Part shown: piece after piece, positions 41,442-49,174 of the stretch
Layout of the letters: each line of letters starts with the position of its first letter
Numbering within the stretch: position 1 is the stretch's first letter
Origin: a virus
Lineage: Duplodnaviria; Caudoviricetes
IMG/VR virus record: IMGVR_UViG_3300025154_001556
DNA length: 64,000 nt
Strand: one strand, 5' to 3'
Made by a program: the position numbers and the translations under genes
Notes under the pieces: generated by a model
Told to the model about the DNA's origin: nothing
Database searches by the model: none
The model's input: only the letters and a program-made list of their open reading frames with translations

Positions 41442-42416
41442 TTATTCCGGTAGAGATCCCAATAGATCCTTAAGCTTGGCCACTTTACTAGACATTTTCT
41501 CTTGTTGAGCTATCTTAACATCTTTAAAATTTAAATGCGGTGCCATACTATTTTTAGTATCACTTGGATCTATAAAAACCTGTTCCATTTTAGGCCTACT
41601 GCTTTCCGATACAACACTTTTGGTGGTTTGTGAGTCAGTTATCTGTATATTAACCGGAGTGCTTTTTAATGTGTTTATAGTATCATCTTTAATTTTAATG
41701 ATTTCATCTTTGGATTCTAATTTAGAATTAGCAACGGCTAGATCAGTTTTTATTTGGGCCAACTCATTTTTTAAATCAGTTATAGTTGCATTTAATTTAT
41801 CACTATCACCTGAGCTATTGTGTGGATTATTTTTTAAGGATGTTAATTGAGATTTAGTAATTTCAAGTGTATGCCTAAGCTGCTCTACTTCTAGTATTTT
41901 AGGCTCGTATAAATTAATCTGTTTTTTAAGTTCAATTACTTTATCTTCCGCTAAACGTAGCTCTTTGTTTAACTTAGCTGCTGTCTCTTGTAGTAAAAAT
42001 AGCTGTGCTTGGTATTCACTTTTGGTTTCTTCTACTGCTTTGTCAACTAGAACTTTAATTTCTTTATTGGAAACAGCGTCTGTTTTTCCTTCTTCTAGTT
42101 GTCTTCTTAATCTTAGAATTTCTTCTTGTTGCTCTTTTATACGAACACTATGTTTATTTTCCATCTCAGCAGAAACCTGTAATATAACCTTATTTAACTC
42201 AGTATCAAATTCTTCGGCCGTGTATATAGCGGCTGTATTACCAGTAGTAGAGGTAGTGGTTAATTGTCTAGTTAGTAACTCTATTTGGTCTTTAAGTTCT
42301 CGTACAACATAAGAATTTTGCTCTAATTTTTGTCTTTGCTGCAAATCACGTGGTCCAGAACCACTTTTCAGTGGCCTGGACTTATCACGTGTATCTCTTT
42401 CTTTATTGTATTCCAT
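41442..42416 (-). CDS. Long coiled-coil protein
   Basis: 324 aa, E/K/L/Q heptads, short conserved-looking C-terminal tail (RPKMEQVFIDP...VAKLKDLLG). Confidence 0.75.
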   Translation of the reverse strand: MEYNKERDTRDKSRPLKSGSGPRDLQQRQKLEQNSYVVRELKDQIELLTRQLTTTSTTGNTAAIYTAEEFDTELNKVILQVSAEMENKHSVRIKEQQEEILRLRRQLEEGKTDAVSNKEIKVLVDKAVEETKSEYQAQLFLLQETAAKLNKELRLAEDKVIELKKQINLYEPKILEVEQLRHTLEITKSQLTSLKNNPHNSSGDSDKLNATITDLKNELAQIKTDLAVANSKLESKDEIIKIKDDTINTLKSTPVNIQITDSQTTKSVVSESSRPKMEQVFIDPSDTKNSMAPHLNFKDVKIAQQEKMSSKVAKLKDLLGSLPE

Positions 42417-42421
42417 TATAC

Positions 42422-43009
42422 TTATTTTCTTTTATATTCTACTTGATCAATTAAACCATAAGATTTGGCTTCCTCTGAGGACATGAAGTAATCACGATGC
42501 ATATCTAATTTAACTTTATCAATATTTTGACCAGTCATTTCAGAGTACTGGGCTGCCATCTTATCATACATCCTCTTAGTGTGCTCCATGGTTTGGAAAA
42601 TGTCTCCTGCCTTACCTTGTATACCTGTTGATAGCTCATGAATCATAATCTCACAATTAGGTAGAGCGTAGCGTTTACCCTTCGTGCCGGCTGCTAATAT
42701 AAATGAACCAGCGCTTGCCACTTGACCATAACCAATGGTTACAATGTCAGGTTTGATATAGTTCATGGTATCGTAGATGGCGTACATAGCTGTAATCTGG
42801 CCGCCTGGACTGTTGATATACATGTAAATGTCAGAATCAGATGAGTCTGTTTCTAAGAACAGAAGCTGTGCTACAACTAAATCTGCCATATCTTGATTAA
42901 ATTCACCAGATATGAAAATGATTCTGTCTTTAAGCATTCTTGAAAAAGGGTCGTATGCTCTTTCAGATTCTTCTCTACTTGATTTTTCAAAAATATAGGG
43001 TGTTCTCAT
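42422..43009 (-). CDS. clpP: ATP-dependent Clp protease proteolytic subunit
   Basis: DPFSRMLKDRIIF, YINSPGG, catalytic Ser in ASAGS, His in MIHE, Asp in RDYF, AKSYGLID. Confidence 0.95.
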   Translation of the reverse strand: MRTPYIFEKSSREESERAYDPFSRMLKDRIIFISGEFNQDMADLVVAQLLFLETDSSDSDIYMYINSPGGQITAMYAIYDTMNYIKPDIVTIGYGQVASAGSFILAAGTKGKRYALPNCEIMIHELSTGIQGKAGDIFQTMEHTKRMYDKMAAQYSEMTGQNIDKVKLDMHRDYFMSSEEAKSYGLIDQVEYKRK

Positions 43010-43066
43010 AATTCGGTAATTCTCCTTAGTTCTAGTTAAAATCTTAAATAACCTTGTGTTCTGTAT

Positions 43067-43095
43067 ACTTTAACAACAAAAAAAGTATTTGTCAA
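43067..43095 (-). promoter_or_regulatory. Sigma70-type promoter for the clpP-coiled-coil-actin operon
   Basis: TTGACA-17 nt-TAAAGT on the minus strand, about 60 nt upstream of clpP. Confidence 0.7.
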
Positions 43096-43398
43096 GTTTT
43101 TACTACATTATCAAATGATTTATTTGTGCCAGAAATTGGTTGTTGTTGGTAACGGTTAAAGCAGTATCTACGTTGCCTCAGGAATGGGGTTTAAATGACC
43201 GCTACACGATTTTTATATAGACAACCTAACTACCGACACATTGTAATTAAAAACAGCTCTACGGGGCTTGTATTGATTTATAACATTTGCAAAAGTTTGT
43301 TTTTAAAAAGTAGTTTTCTGTTTATGGTTGGTTGGCTTTATATTTTTTGAAAAAAAAATTAAAAGCCTATATTTTTATTATTAAACTATATTTAAATA

Positions 43399-43478
43399 CT
43401 AGTATACCGTTATTCTAGTATACTTGTTATTCTGGGAGGACATTCATGCCCGGTACCCACAGGGCGTTCATGCCCGGT
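43399..43478. repeat. Iteron-like direct repeats beside an AT-rich tract
   Basis: TTCATGCCCGGT at 43443 and 43467; CTAGTATAC at 43399 and 43415; GTTATTCT at 43409 and 43426. Confidence 0.6.
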
Positions 43479-43484
43479 GCCTAC

Positions 43485-43982
43485 CTACTTAATCTGCTGT
43501 TTTTCCGCACGTTCAGCTAAAGCTAACTTCATAAAGTGTACTTCGGAAAACAAGTTTTCTTTTATCTTACCCAGAGAGTCAAACTCCCAAGTGCCCAGGA
43601 TATAAATATTGTATGTCTTGTCATAACGTACTACTTTTTCTACCTTTATAAATCCCTGTTCTTTTAGCTTTTTTATTTGTCTACGTATAGATGTGACATT
43701 ACAACCAGCTATCTCGGCCAGCGCCTCCTGAGACCAACTGGTGGCTAGAACATTCTTTTTATAGTGTGTATGATATAAATCAAACTTACCATTATGTTCA
43801 CTAAATCCTCTAATGATATTGGCTTTAAGAAATCTAAGTAATGCACTTTCAGGTGTTATATTAAATCTGAAGAAGGCTGTACTTTTTTCTATTAATAAAT
43901 GGGTAGTAACATGTAAATTGTATAAATGCTTTTGGTTCATAGTAATACCTTTTCTTTTAAACAAACCACGGGTTAGTGTCAT
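43485..43982 (-). CDS. Winged-helix DNA-binding protein, replication-initiator-like
   Basis: SWSQEALAEIAGCNVTSIRRQIKKLKEQGFIKVE...NIY is an HTH_36-type pattern. Confidence 0.7.
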   Translation of the reverse strand: MTLTRGLFKRKGITMNQKHLYNLHVTTHLLIEKSTAFFRFNITPESALLRFLKANIIRGFSEHNGKFDLYHTHYKKNVLATSWSQEALAEIAGCNVTSIRRQIKKLKEQGFIKVEKVVRYDKTYNIYILGTWEFDSLGKIKENLFSEVHFMKLALAERAEKQQIK

Positions 43983-44268
43983 CTAACACGTGCGCATAGT
44001 ACTCAAACATACTCTCATCAGATACAAGGGCTATGGCACTGTTATATAGATCCATAGCCTCATCATGCTTTCCTTCATCAAATAGTGCAACTACAGCTTG
44101 AACTTCTTCAAACTTTTCATGTAGTAAAGCTACGCCAGACATACGTAGTCTATTACATTCAGAATTCTCCTGTTTACTGTAATTACATAAATCCCAGCCG
44201 TTCTGAGCAAGATAGTCTATCAACTTAGTTAAGTATACTTTTTTGTCTTTTAGTTTCATTTTGACCAT
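43957..44268 (-). CDS. Hypothetical protein
   Basis: 103 aa with GAGG RBS. Confidence 0.55.
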   Translation of the reverse strand: MVKMKLKDKKVYLTKLIDYLAQNGWDLCNYSKQENSECNRLRMSGVALLHEKFEEVQAVVALFDEGKHDEAMDLYNSAIALVSDESMFEYYAHVLDDTNPWFV

Positions 44269-44309
44269 TTATATTTACCTCTTAAAATAAAATATTAGTA
44301 GTTAAAATC

Positions 44310-44338
44310 ATAATAACACTAATATAGTTATTTGTCAA
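44310..44338 (-). promoter_or_regulatory. Sigma70-type promoter
   Basis: TTGACA-17 nt-TATTAT; shares TTGACAAATA with the clpP promoter. Confidence 0.7.
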
Positions 44339-44586
44339 TAAATAAACTGGCGAGGTATTAGTTCCGGTAATTTTTTTGTAAATTTATTACATTCTAAAAC
44401 ATCATAAGCTAAGTCCATACCTAATATTAAACAGGTTAGTTGTGCTACAGGTTCACCACCATTAGCATCGAAGTCATCAGGATCTATCCCTAAAAGATCG
44501 GCTGATTCTGTTGAATTAGGCATCAGTACACGCTCCATATAATGGTAGCAATTAGGACATAGAAATGTAAGCTCTTCTGTTTCCAT
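44335..44586 (-). CDS. Zinc-ribbon hypothetical protein
   Basis: CPNC motif; GGAG RBS. Confidence 0.55.
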   Translation of the reverse strand: METEELTFLCPNCYHYMERVLMPNSTESADLLGIDPDDFDANGGEPVAQLTCLILGMDLAYDVLECNKFTKKLPELIPRQFIY

Positions 44587-44607
44587 AGCACACTCCTTAA
44601 TATTTAC

Positions 44608-44820
44608 TTATTCGTGGCGTTGTTTATAAGCCCTATCTATTACTTCATCTTTTTTACCCTCTAATATTTTACCTAATTCTTTTAATCTCTTGATTTTACA
44701 ATTTATACTATCGGCCTGTCTTCCAGGTAATAATTCTTCCAATTCTTTAATAGTCATATTGTTATAATTTGATATTAATAGCCTCTCTTCTGTGTATGAC
44801 CATCCTCTTCTTCTTGCCAT
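44608..44820 (-). CDS. Myb/SANT-like HTH protein
   Basis: WSYTEERLLISNY...ELEELLPGR...I pattern; likely start MARRRG at 44820 with GAGG RBS. Confidence 0.65.
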   Translation of the reverse strand: MARRRGWSYTEERLLISNYNNMTIKELEELLPGRQADSINCKIKRLKELGKILEGKKDEVIDRAYKQRHE

Positions 44821-44821
44821 A

Positions 44822-44998
44822 TCAATACCTCTTATCTTCAAAAAATTCTTCCATGGTATTAACAACTTTGGTATTGTTAATCAGCTCCACCATAATTTCT
44901 AATATTTCTTTATTCTTGCTTTTTTCTAATACAGTATCAATACTCTCTAATAGCTTTTGTTTCTTTTCCTCCCACAAATAGTCTGTTAAATTTTTCAT
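44822..44998 (-). CDS. Small hypothetical protein (58 aa)
   Basis: MKNLTDYLWEE...; GAGG RBS; fills the gap between neighbours. Confidence 0.5.
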   Translation of the reverse strand: MKNLTDYLWEEKKQKLLESIDTVLEKSKNKEILEIMVELINNTKVVNTMEEFFEDKRY

Positions 44999-45011
44999 AG
45001 CCTCACCTTAT

Positions 45012-45452
45012 TTAAGTTTGTAGTTTTAAGACACCCTCTATTTCCTCATCTTCCCAGCCTATGTAAATTTCTTCTTGGATGTCAGTAAGAGCTAAAAAAT
45101 ATATATTATTGAGTACTGTTTGCACAACTTCGTACATCAATGTATTATCTGCCATTGAATATCTATGTAAAAATCCCTCGGGACTATTTAGAGACTCATC
45201 TATATTGGAGAACACATCTCCTGTTAGAAACTCGCCGTATTCTATGATAAAGGTTAGATAATTATCATGATTAGGAGATGATACATATATTTGCATATCG
45301 TCTTCACTAACTAACCCTTCAACAACTAATAATCCCTCTGTTACAGGCATCCACAAACCATTACTGCGTAAGTAATTTATGGCAGAAGGACTTAAACCTT
45401 TAAATCTACTATCATTATCAAGTACATGTACTATATTTAGTATATCAAGCAT
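45012..45452 (-). CDS. Acidic hypothetical protein
   Basis: 146 aa ORF. Confidence 0.55.
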   Translation of the reverse strand: MLDILNIVHVLDNDSRFKGLSPSAINYLRSNGLWMPVTEGLLVVEGLVSEDDMQIYVSSPNHDNYLTFIIEYGEFLTGDVFSNIDESLNSPEGFLHRYSMADNTLMYEVVQTVLNNIYFLALTDIQEEIYIGWEDEEIEGVLKLQT

Positions 45453-45464
45453 ATAAAGCCTTAA

Positions 45465-46745
45465 TTAACATAATTTTTTATCTTGTAGTAAGTCAGCTAG
45501 TGCTATTAGACCACCTCTATGTGAGTTTGGTAGTTCAACATAAGCTAAACTTTTATGTGGTAGAATTCTTAATAATTTTAGTAAGCCTGATTCAGAAGGT
45601 CTTACAACATTGTATGTTTGTGCTAAATCACCTAATAGTATTAGTTTACTTCCTTTATTAGCCCTTGATAATATCATACTCATAGTATCTATATCTATAA
45701 GTTGGCATTCATCACAAATCATTATGTCTGATTCTAATATACTCATACCTTGAATTACATTTATTGGCACAGCTTCAAATTTATCTTGAAAGTATCTATC
45801 CTTAACTATATCATACTTTATACTATTTTGGTCTTTACTTGATCCTTGATTTCTGGTATTAGCATATAGATAATATAATGCACTTAATATACCAGCAAAC
45901 CACGCTTCCATTTTTGCTTGTTTATCACCGGGCAAGAACCCTATATCGTATTTATGGCTTATACCAATTGGAGGTCTGGTGATAAATATTTTATTGTCAC
46001 TGTTGCAAGATAAGGCATAGGCTGTGCTTAGTAAAGTTTTCCCTGTTCCCCATTTACCAGTAATTAAAACACCGTCAGCTTCTGTCATAGCGTATATAGC
46101 ACATATTTGGTATATATCCAGCGCTTTTAGTTTATTACCCTCCACAACAACTTCTCTATACTCAGGCATATTATCTATACGTGACACTGTGCCTTTAATA
46201 GGGTTAGTAGCATATACGTAAGCATTATTTAATATAACAAACTTCCAGCATTCAGTGTCTATGTCTAATTGTAATTCTATATTAAAATCATATAAACTGT
46301 AATTTTGTAAGTAAGTAAAGTTCTCTGGTAGATCTTTGATATCTAAATGTATGTATGGTTTAAATATACCGTTTGGTATAATATCATATAATACAGTGTC
46401 CACACCCTTAGTTGCCGCTATAACTGACATAGACAAATCTTTTGTGGCTAAGTCGGCTTTATTTTTTATAGCCGCGTCAATTATTAAAGTATCGTTTGTT
46501 TTTAATTCCTCGTTGTCAACAGCCAACACTAATCTGTTTGGGTGTGCTTCTCTAAAAGCAACTATTTCATAGATTGCTGTTCTAGCACTATAAGATAAAT
46601 CAGGATTAAATTTATGTTTATCAAGTTCTTTCAATACTGTTAATGGAACTATTACTTTTTCATATTTATTTAGCGACTTAAATAATATTTTAGGGTCATC
46701 TAATAATATATTTGTATCAATTAAGATATTTTTATTTTTTAACAT
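45465..46745 (-). CDS. phoH: PIN-PhoH family protein (PhoH2/YlaK-like)
   Basis: N-terminal PIN ILIDTNILL...VLKELD...NDTLII; P-loop GKWGTGKT; ITRP; ICDECQ; LLGDLAQ; SHRGGL. Confidence 0.88.
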   Translation of the reverse strand: MLKNKNILIDTNILLDDPKILFKSLNKYEKVIVPLTVLKELDKHKFNPDLSYSARTAIYEIVAFREAHPNRLVLAVDNEELKTNDTLIIDAAIKNKADLATKDLSMSVIAATKGVDTVLYDIIPNGIFKPYIHLDIKDLPENFTYLQNYSLYDFNIELQLDIDTECWKFVILNNAYVYATNPIKGTVSRIDNMPEYREVVVEGNKLKALDIYQICAIYAMTEADGVLITGKWGTGKTLLSTAYALSCNSDNKIFITRPPIGISHKYDIGFLPGDKQAKMEAWFAGILSALYYLYANTRNQGSSKDQNSIKYDIVKDRYFQDKFEAVPINVIQGMSILESDIMICDECQLIDIDTMSMILSRANKGSKLILLGDLAQTYNVVRPSESGLLKLLRILPHKSLAYVELPNSHRGGLIALADLLQDKKLC

Positions 46746-46762
46746 ATATTGAATATTTCTCC

Positions 46763-47326
46763 TTATACATTTTTAGTTAATTCTACATAAAATACAGAAA
46801 AAGTAAGTAGTTCAATAACTTTAATATTTATATCATCAATCTCCCTATTTATATTATTAATAATATAAGACGTATCTTTCAAATGTTGTTTTAAAAAACT
46901 ATGTGGTATAATAGTATTTATTAAACCAAGAGTCTCGTTTAACCTATTTACCATTTTTATTGTAAAGGCTTCTTTACTCATGGTATTTAAACATTTAATT
47001 AAATTATCGAGTTTGTTTTCATCAGTATTATGTGTAATTGGTGTGTTTAATTCAAGTACAAGATTAGTTATCTTACTGCCGAATAAATCATAAATATCTT
47101 GTACTTCAACACCATCATAGGTTAGTATGTTTTGTAGTATTGATGCTGCTATTACTTCCTCATCATCTACAAATCTGGCTAATAAACAAGCCACATACTC
47201 TGGGTGTATTGACTTATAATCATGTGTAGTTTTTCTTTCTTTATTTACTTTTGAAAAAAGTAAATAGGCGTCTCTAATAGTAGAGGATACTTCTAATTCG
47301 TTTAGTTCATTCATAGTTATCACCAT
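46763..47326 (-). CDS. RelA/SpoT-type HD-domain (small alarmone hydrolase-like) protein with degenerate active site
   Basis: IHPEYVA..L....DEEVIAASILQN...FGSKITNLVLEL matches the SpoT hydrolase scaffold, but HDxxED is QNILTY. Confidence 0.75.
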   Translation of the reverse strand: MVITMNELNELEVSSTIRDAYLLFSKVNKERKTTHDYKSIHPEYVACLLARFVDDEEVIAASILQNILTYDGVEVQDIYDLFGSKITNLVLELNTPITHNTDENKLDNLIKCLNTMSKEAFTIKMVNRLNETLGLINTIIPHSFLKQHLKDTSYIINNINREIDDINIKVIELLTFSVFYVELTKNV

Positions 47327-47388
47327 AAAATAATGAAGTTCTTTAATACCTTATCTACTTATATAATGGTTAGATTAATATAAACAAA

Positions 47389-47784
47389 CTATTCTGTAAT
47401 GTAAATAAAATTTATTACTGGATATGGCAACGTCACACCTTTGTCGGCCGAATAAAATTCAGCACCAGATTCAACGGCTGTAATAACAAAATAAGTGTTT
47501 GTTTTAAATTCAACATTAGGACAAGTAATTACAGTTGCATTACGGTCGTTAATACTACATGCCAATACTTTATTACTCATATCTTGGTAATAGGAGTAAT
47601 ACAATCTATATTCCATAGTATTTGTTGTAACATTGTTGTAAGACCAAGTAACAGTTACATTTTTTTTAATAGCTACAACTGTACTAGGGTAGCACATAAG
47701 TAATACAAATAAAATGGCGGCTGTAAAAAGTTGTATGTGCCTAACAATCCACATATAACACCTTTTCATAACCTTGCGTACCAA
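47389..47784 (-). CDS. Exported fibronectin type III-like protein
   Basis: Hydrophobic signal, then VTVTWSY...EYRLYY...YFVITAV...YS. Confidence 0.6.
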   Translation of the reverse strand: MVRKVMKRCYMWIVRHIQLFTAAILFVLLMCYPSTVVAIKKNVTVTWSYNNVTTNTMEYRLYYSYYQDMSNKVLACSINDRNATVITCPNVEFKTNTYFVITAVESGAEFYSADKGVTLPYPVINFIYITE

Positions 47785-48058
47785 TATTATATAAAATAGC
47801 TGAGTCTATTGGTAATACCATACGTATATATTTTATCTGCTTATCTATACTTATTGTCCATTCCTTAGTCGTGGCTTTGATTATATTTATATTATTGTAT
47901 GCTAATAAATCGCACAACATAGGGCCTGCTTCTTTTCTACATGAACAAGAATCAAACACTAAATAAAACACACTACGCTTATCAAAGGCTATATCTACAA
48001 TAATTGGGTATAAAGCTGATTGAGTCATTATTATTTCCTTATTACAAAACAACTTCAT
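47741..48058 (-). CDS. Hypothetical protein
   Basis: About 95-105 aa ORF. Confidence 0.45.
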   Translation of the reverse strand: MKLFCNKEIIMTQSALYPIIVDIAFDKRSVFYLVFDSCSCRKEAGPMLCDLLAYNNINIIKATTKEWTISIDKQIKYIRMVLPIDSAILYNIGTQGYEKVLYVDC

Positions 48059-48287
48059 TTGTAATTAATGATTTTATATGAACTGGATTACTGTTTATAT
48101 CAACTACTTTTCCAAAAGCCAAGCAGTCAGGATTGTAGCATGTAAATAAAACTACCATCTCATTTACGCCGCCGGCCCTAAAAAATTGACCTATCGGTTC
48201 TAAGTTACTTTCTCCACAACTCTCACAATAGTATTTACTATTATTACACATTCCTTTATTCATACAATTTTGACAATTTAAGTTCAT
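48042..48287 (-). CDS. Cys-rich zinc-ribbon protein
   Basis: CQNC, CESC, C..PDC motifs; AGGAGA RBS. Confidence 0.55.
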   Translation of the reverse strand: MNLNCQNCMNKGMCNNSKYYCESCGESNLEPIGQFFRAGGVNEMVVLFTCYNPDCLAFGKVVDINSNPVHIKSLITNEVVL

Positions 48288-48309
48288 TTGTTGTTCTCCT
48301 TTAAATCAA

Positions 48310-49161
48310 TTAAAGCATAATAAGTGATTTTAATATATCTAACAAAGTCATTTTCTCATTTAAACCAATAGTTTTTAGATAATTTTCTCCAACTATCCAA
48401 CGTTCCTTTGAATAAAACCTATCTTTATATATTATTTTAACAAATACAATATTATCTGGGTATATCCTTATTATGTACATATCACCATCATCTAGTATAG
48501 TACTTTCCCTAAATGTGGTTTTACTTACTGTATCCCCTTGTTTAAAACTTTTAAATTCTTTTTCACAATAAGCTACTTTTTCTTGTTCAAATTTTAGATG
48601 CTGCTTGTAACTAAAATATTTAGCTGTTGTATTTGTTGTTGTAGGTAATATAAGCATAAAACTTATTATAGCTATCCAACCTTTAAAAGAAAGGCCTAAA
48701 ACCCATCGTTTAATCCTATATAAAATACGTTTATCGCTGAGTTTAGATACACTAGTAGTTGGTATAATAATATTGTCAGGAGATGCTTCTCCTCTTAGAT
48801 GTTTATTGGCTATAACTATAAATGCCCTAGCATCAGGAGGTTTTACCATAATCATTTCTCTTGGTACTTTATGAAATTCAACCAATTCACTTACTGTATC
48901 TTCTGGCAAGCTTCTAGATAATATAAGGCATTTATCAGGATCTGCACCACCTCTGCCCACAAGCTCTAAACCGCTTTCTTTATTTTCTAGTATTGTATCA
49001 ATGATATATAAGTCGTAGTCGTACCTCATCATACGTTCTCTGGCTTCTTTTAAACTACTAACTGAATGTACTACACAGTCGTATGGTGCCAGTAATCCTT
49101 TGTATAGTTGTATCATAGCTAAACTTTCTTCAGCTATCAGTACTGCCTTTTTATTGGCCAT
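48310..49161 (-). CDS. Atypical response-regulator receiver domain fused to a TM helix and C-terminal extracytoplasmic domain
   Basis: VLIAEE, DLYIID (phospho-Asp), MVKP; hydrophobic WIAIISFMLILP. Confidence 0.7.
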   Translation of the reverse strand: MANKKAVLIAEESLAMIQLYKGLLAPYDCVVHSVSSLKEARERMMRYDYDLYIIDTILENKESGLELVGRGGADPDKCLILSRSLPEDTVSELVEFHKVPREMIMVKPPDARAFIVIANKHLRGEASPDNIIIPTTSVSKLSDKRILYRIKRWVLGLSFKGWIAIISFMLILPTTTNTTAKYFSYKQHLKFEQEKVAYCEKEFKSFKQGDTVSKTTFRESTILDDGDMYIIRIYPDNIVFVKIIYKDRFYSKERWIVGENYLKTIGLNEKMTLLDILKSLIML

Positions 49162-49174
49162 AGTTATAACCCCG

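Noticed and set aside
43485-43487. TAG recoding (alternative genetic code)
   Set aside because: TAG acts as a true stop elsewhere (18182 abuts the next start; 12936 lies 7 nt before the next ATG), and long genes are intact in code 11.
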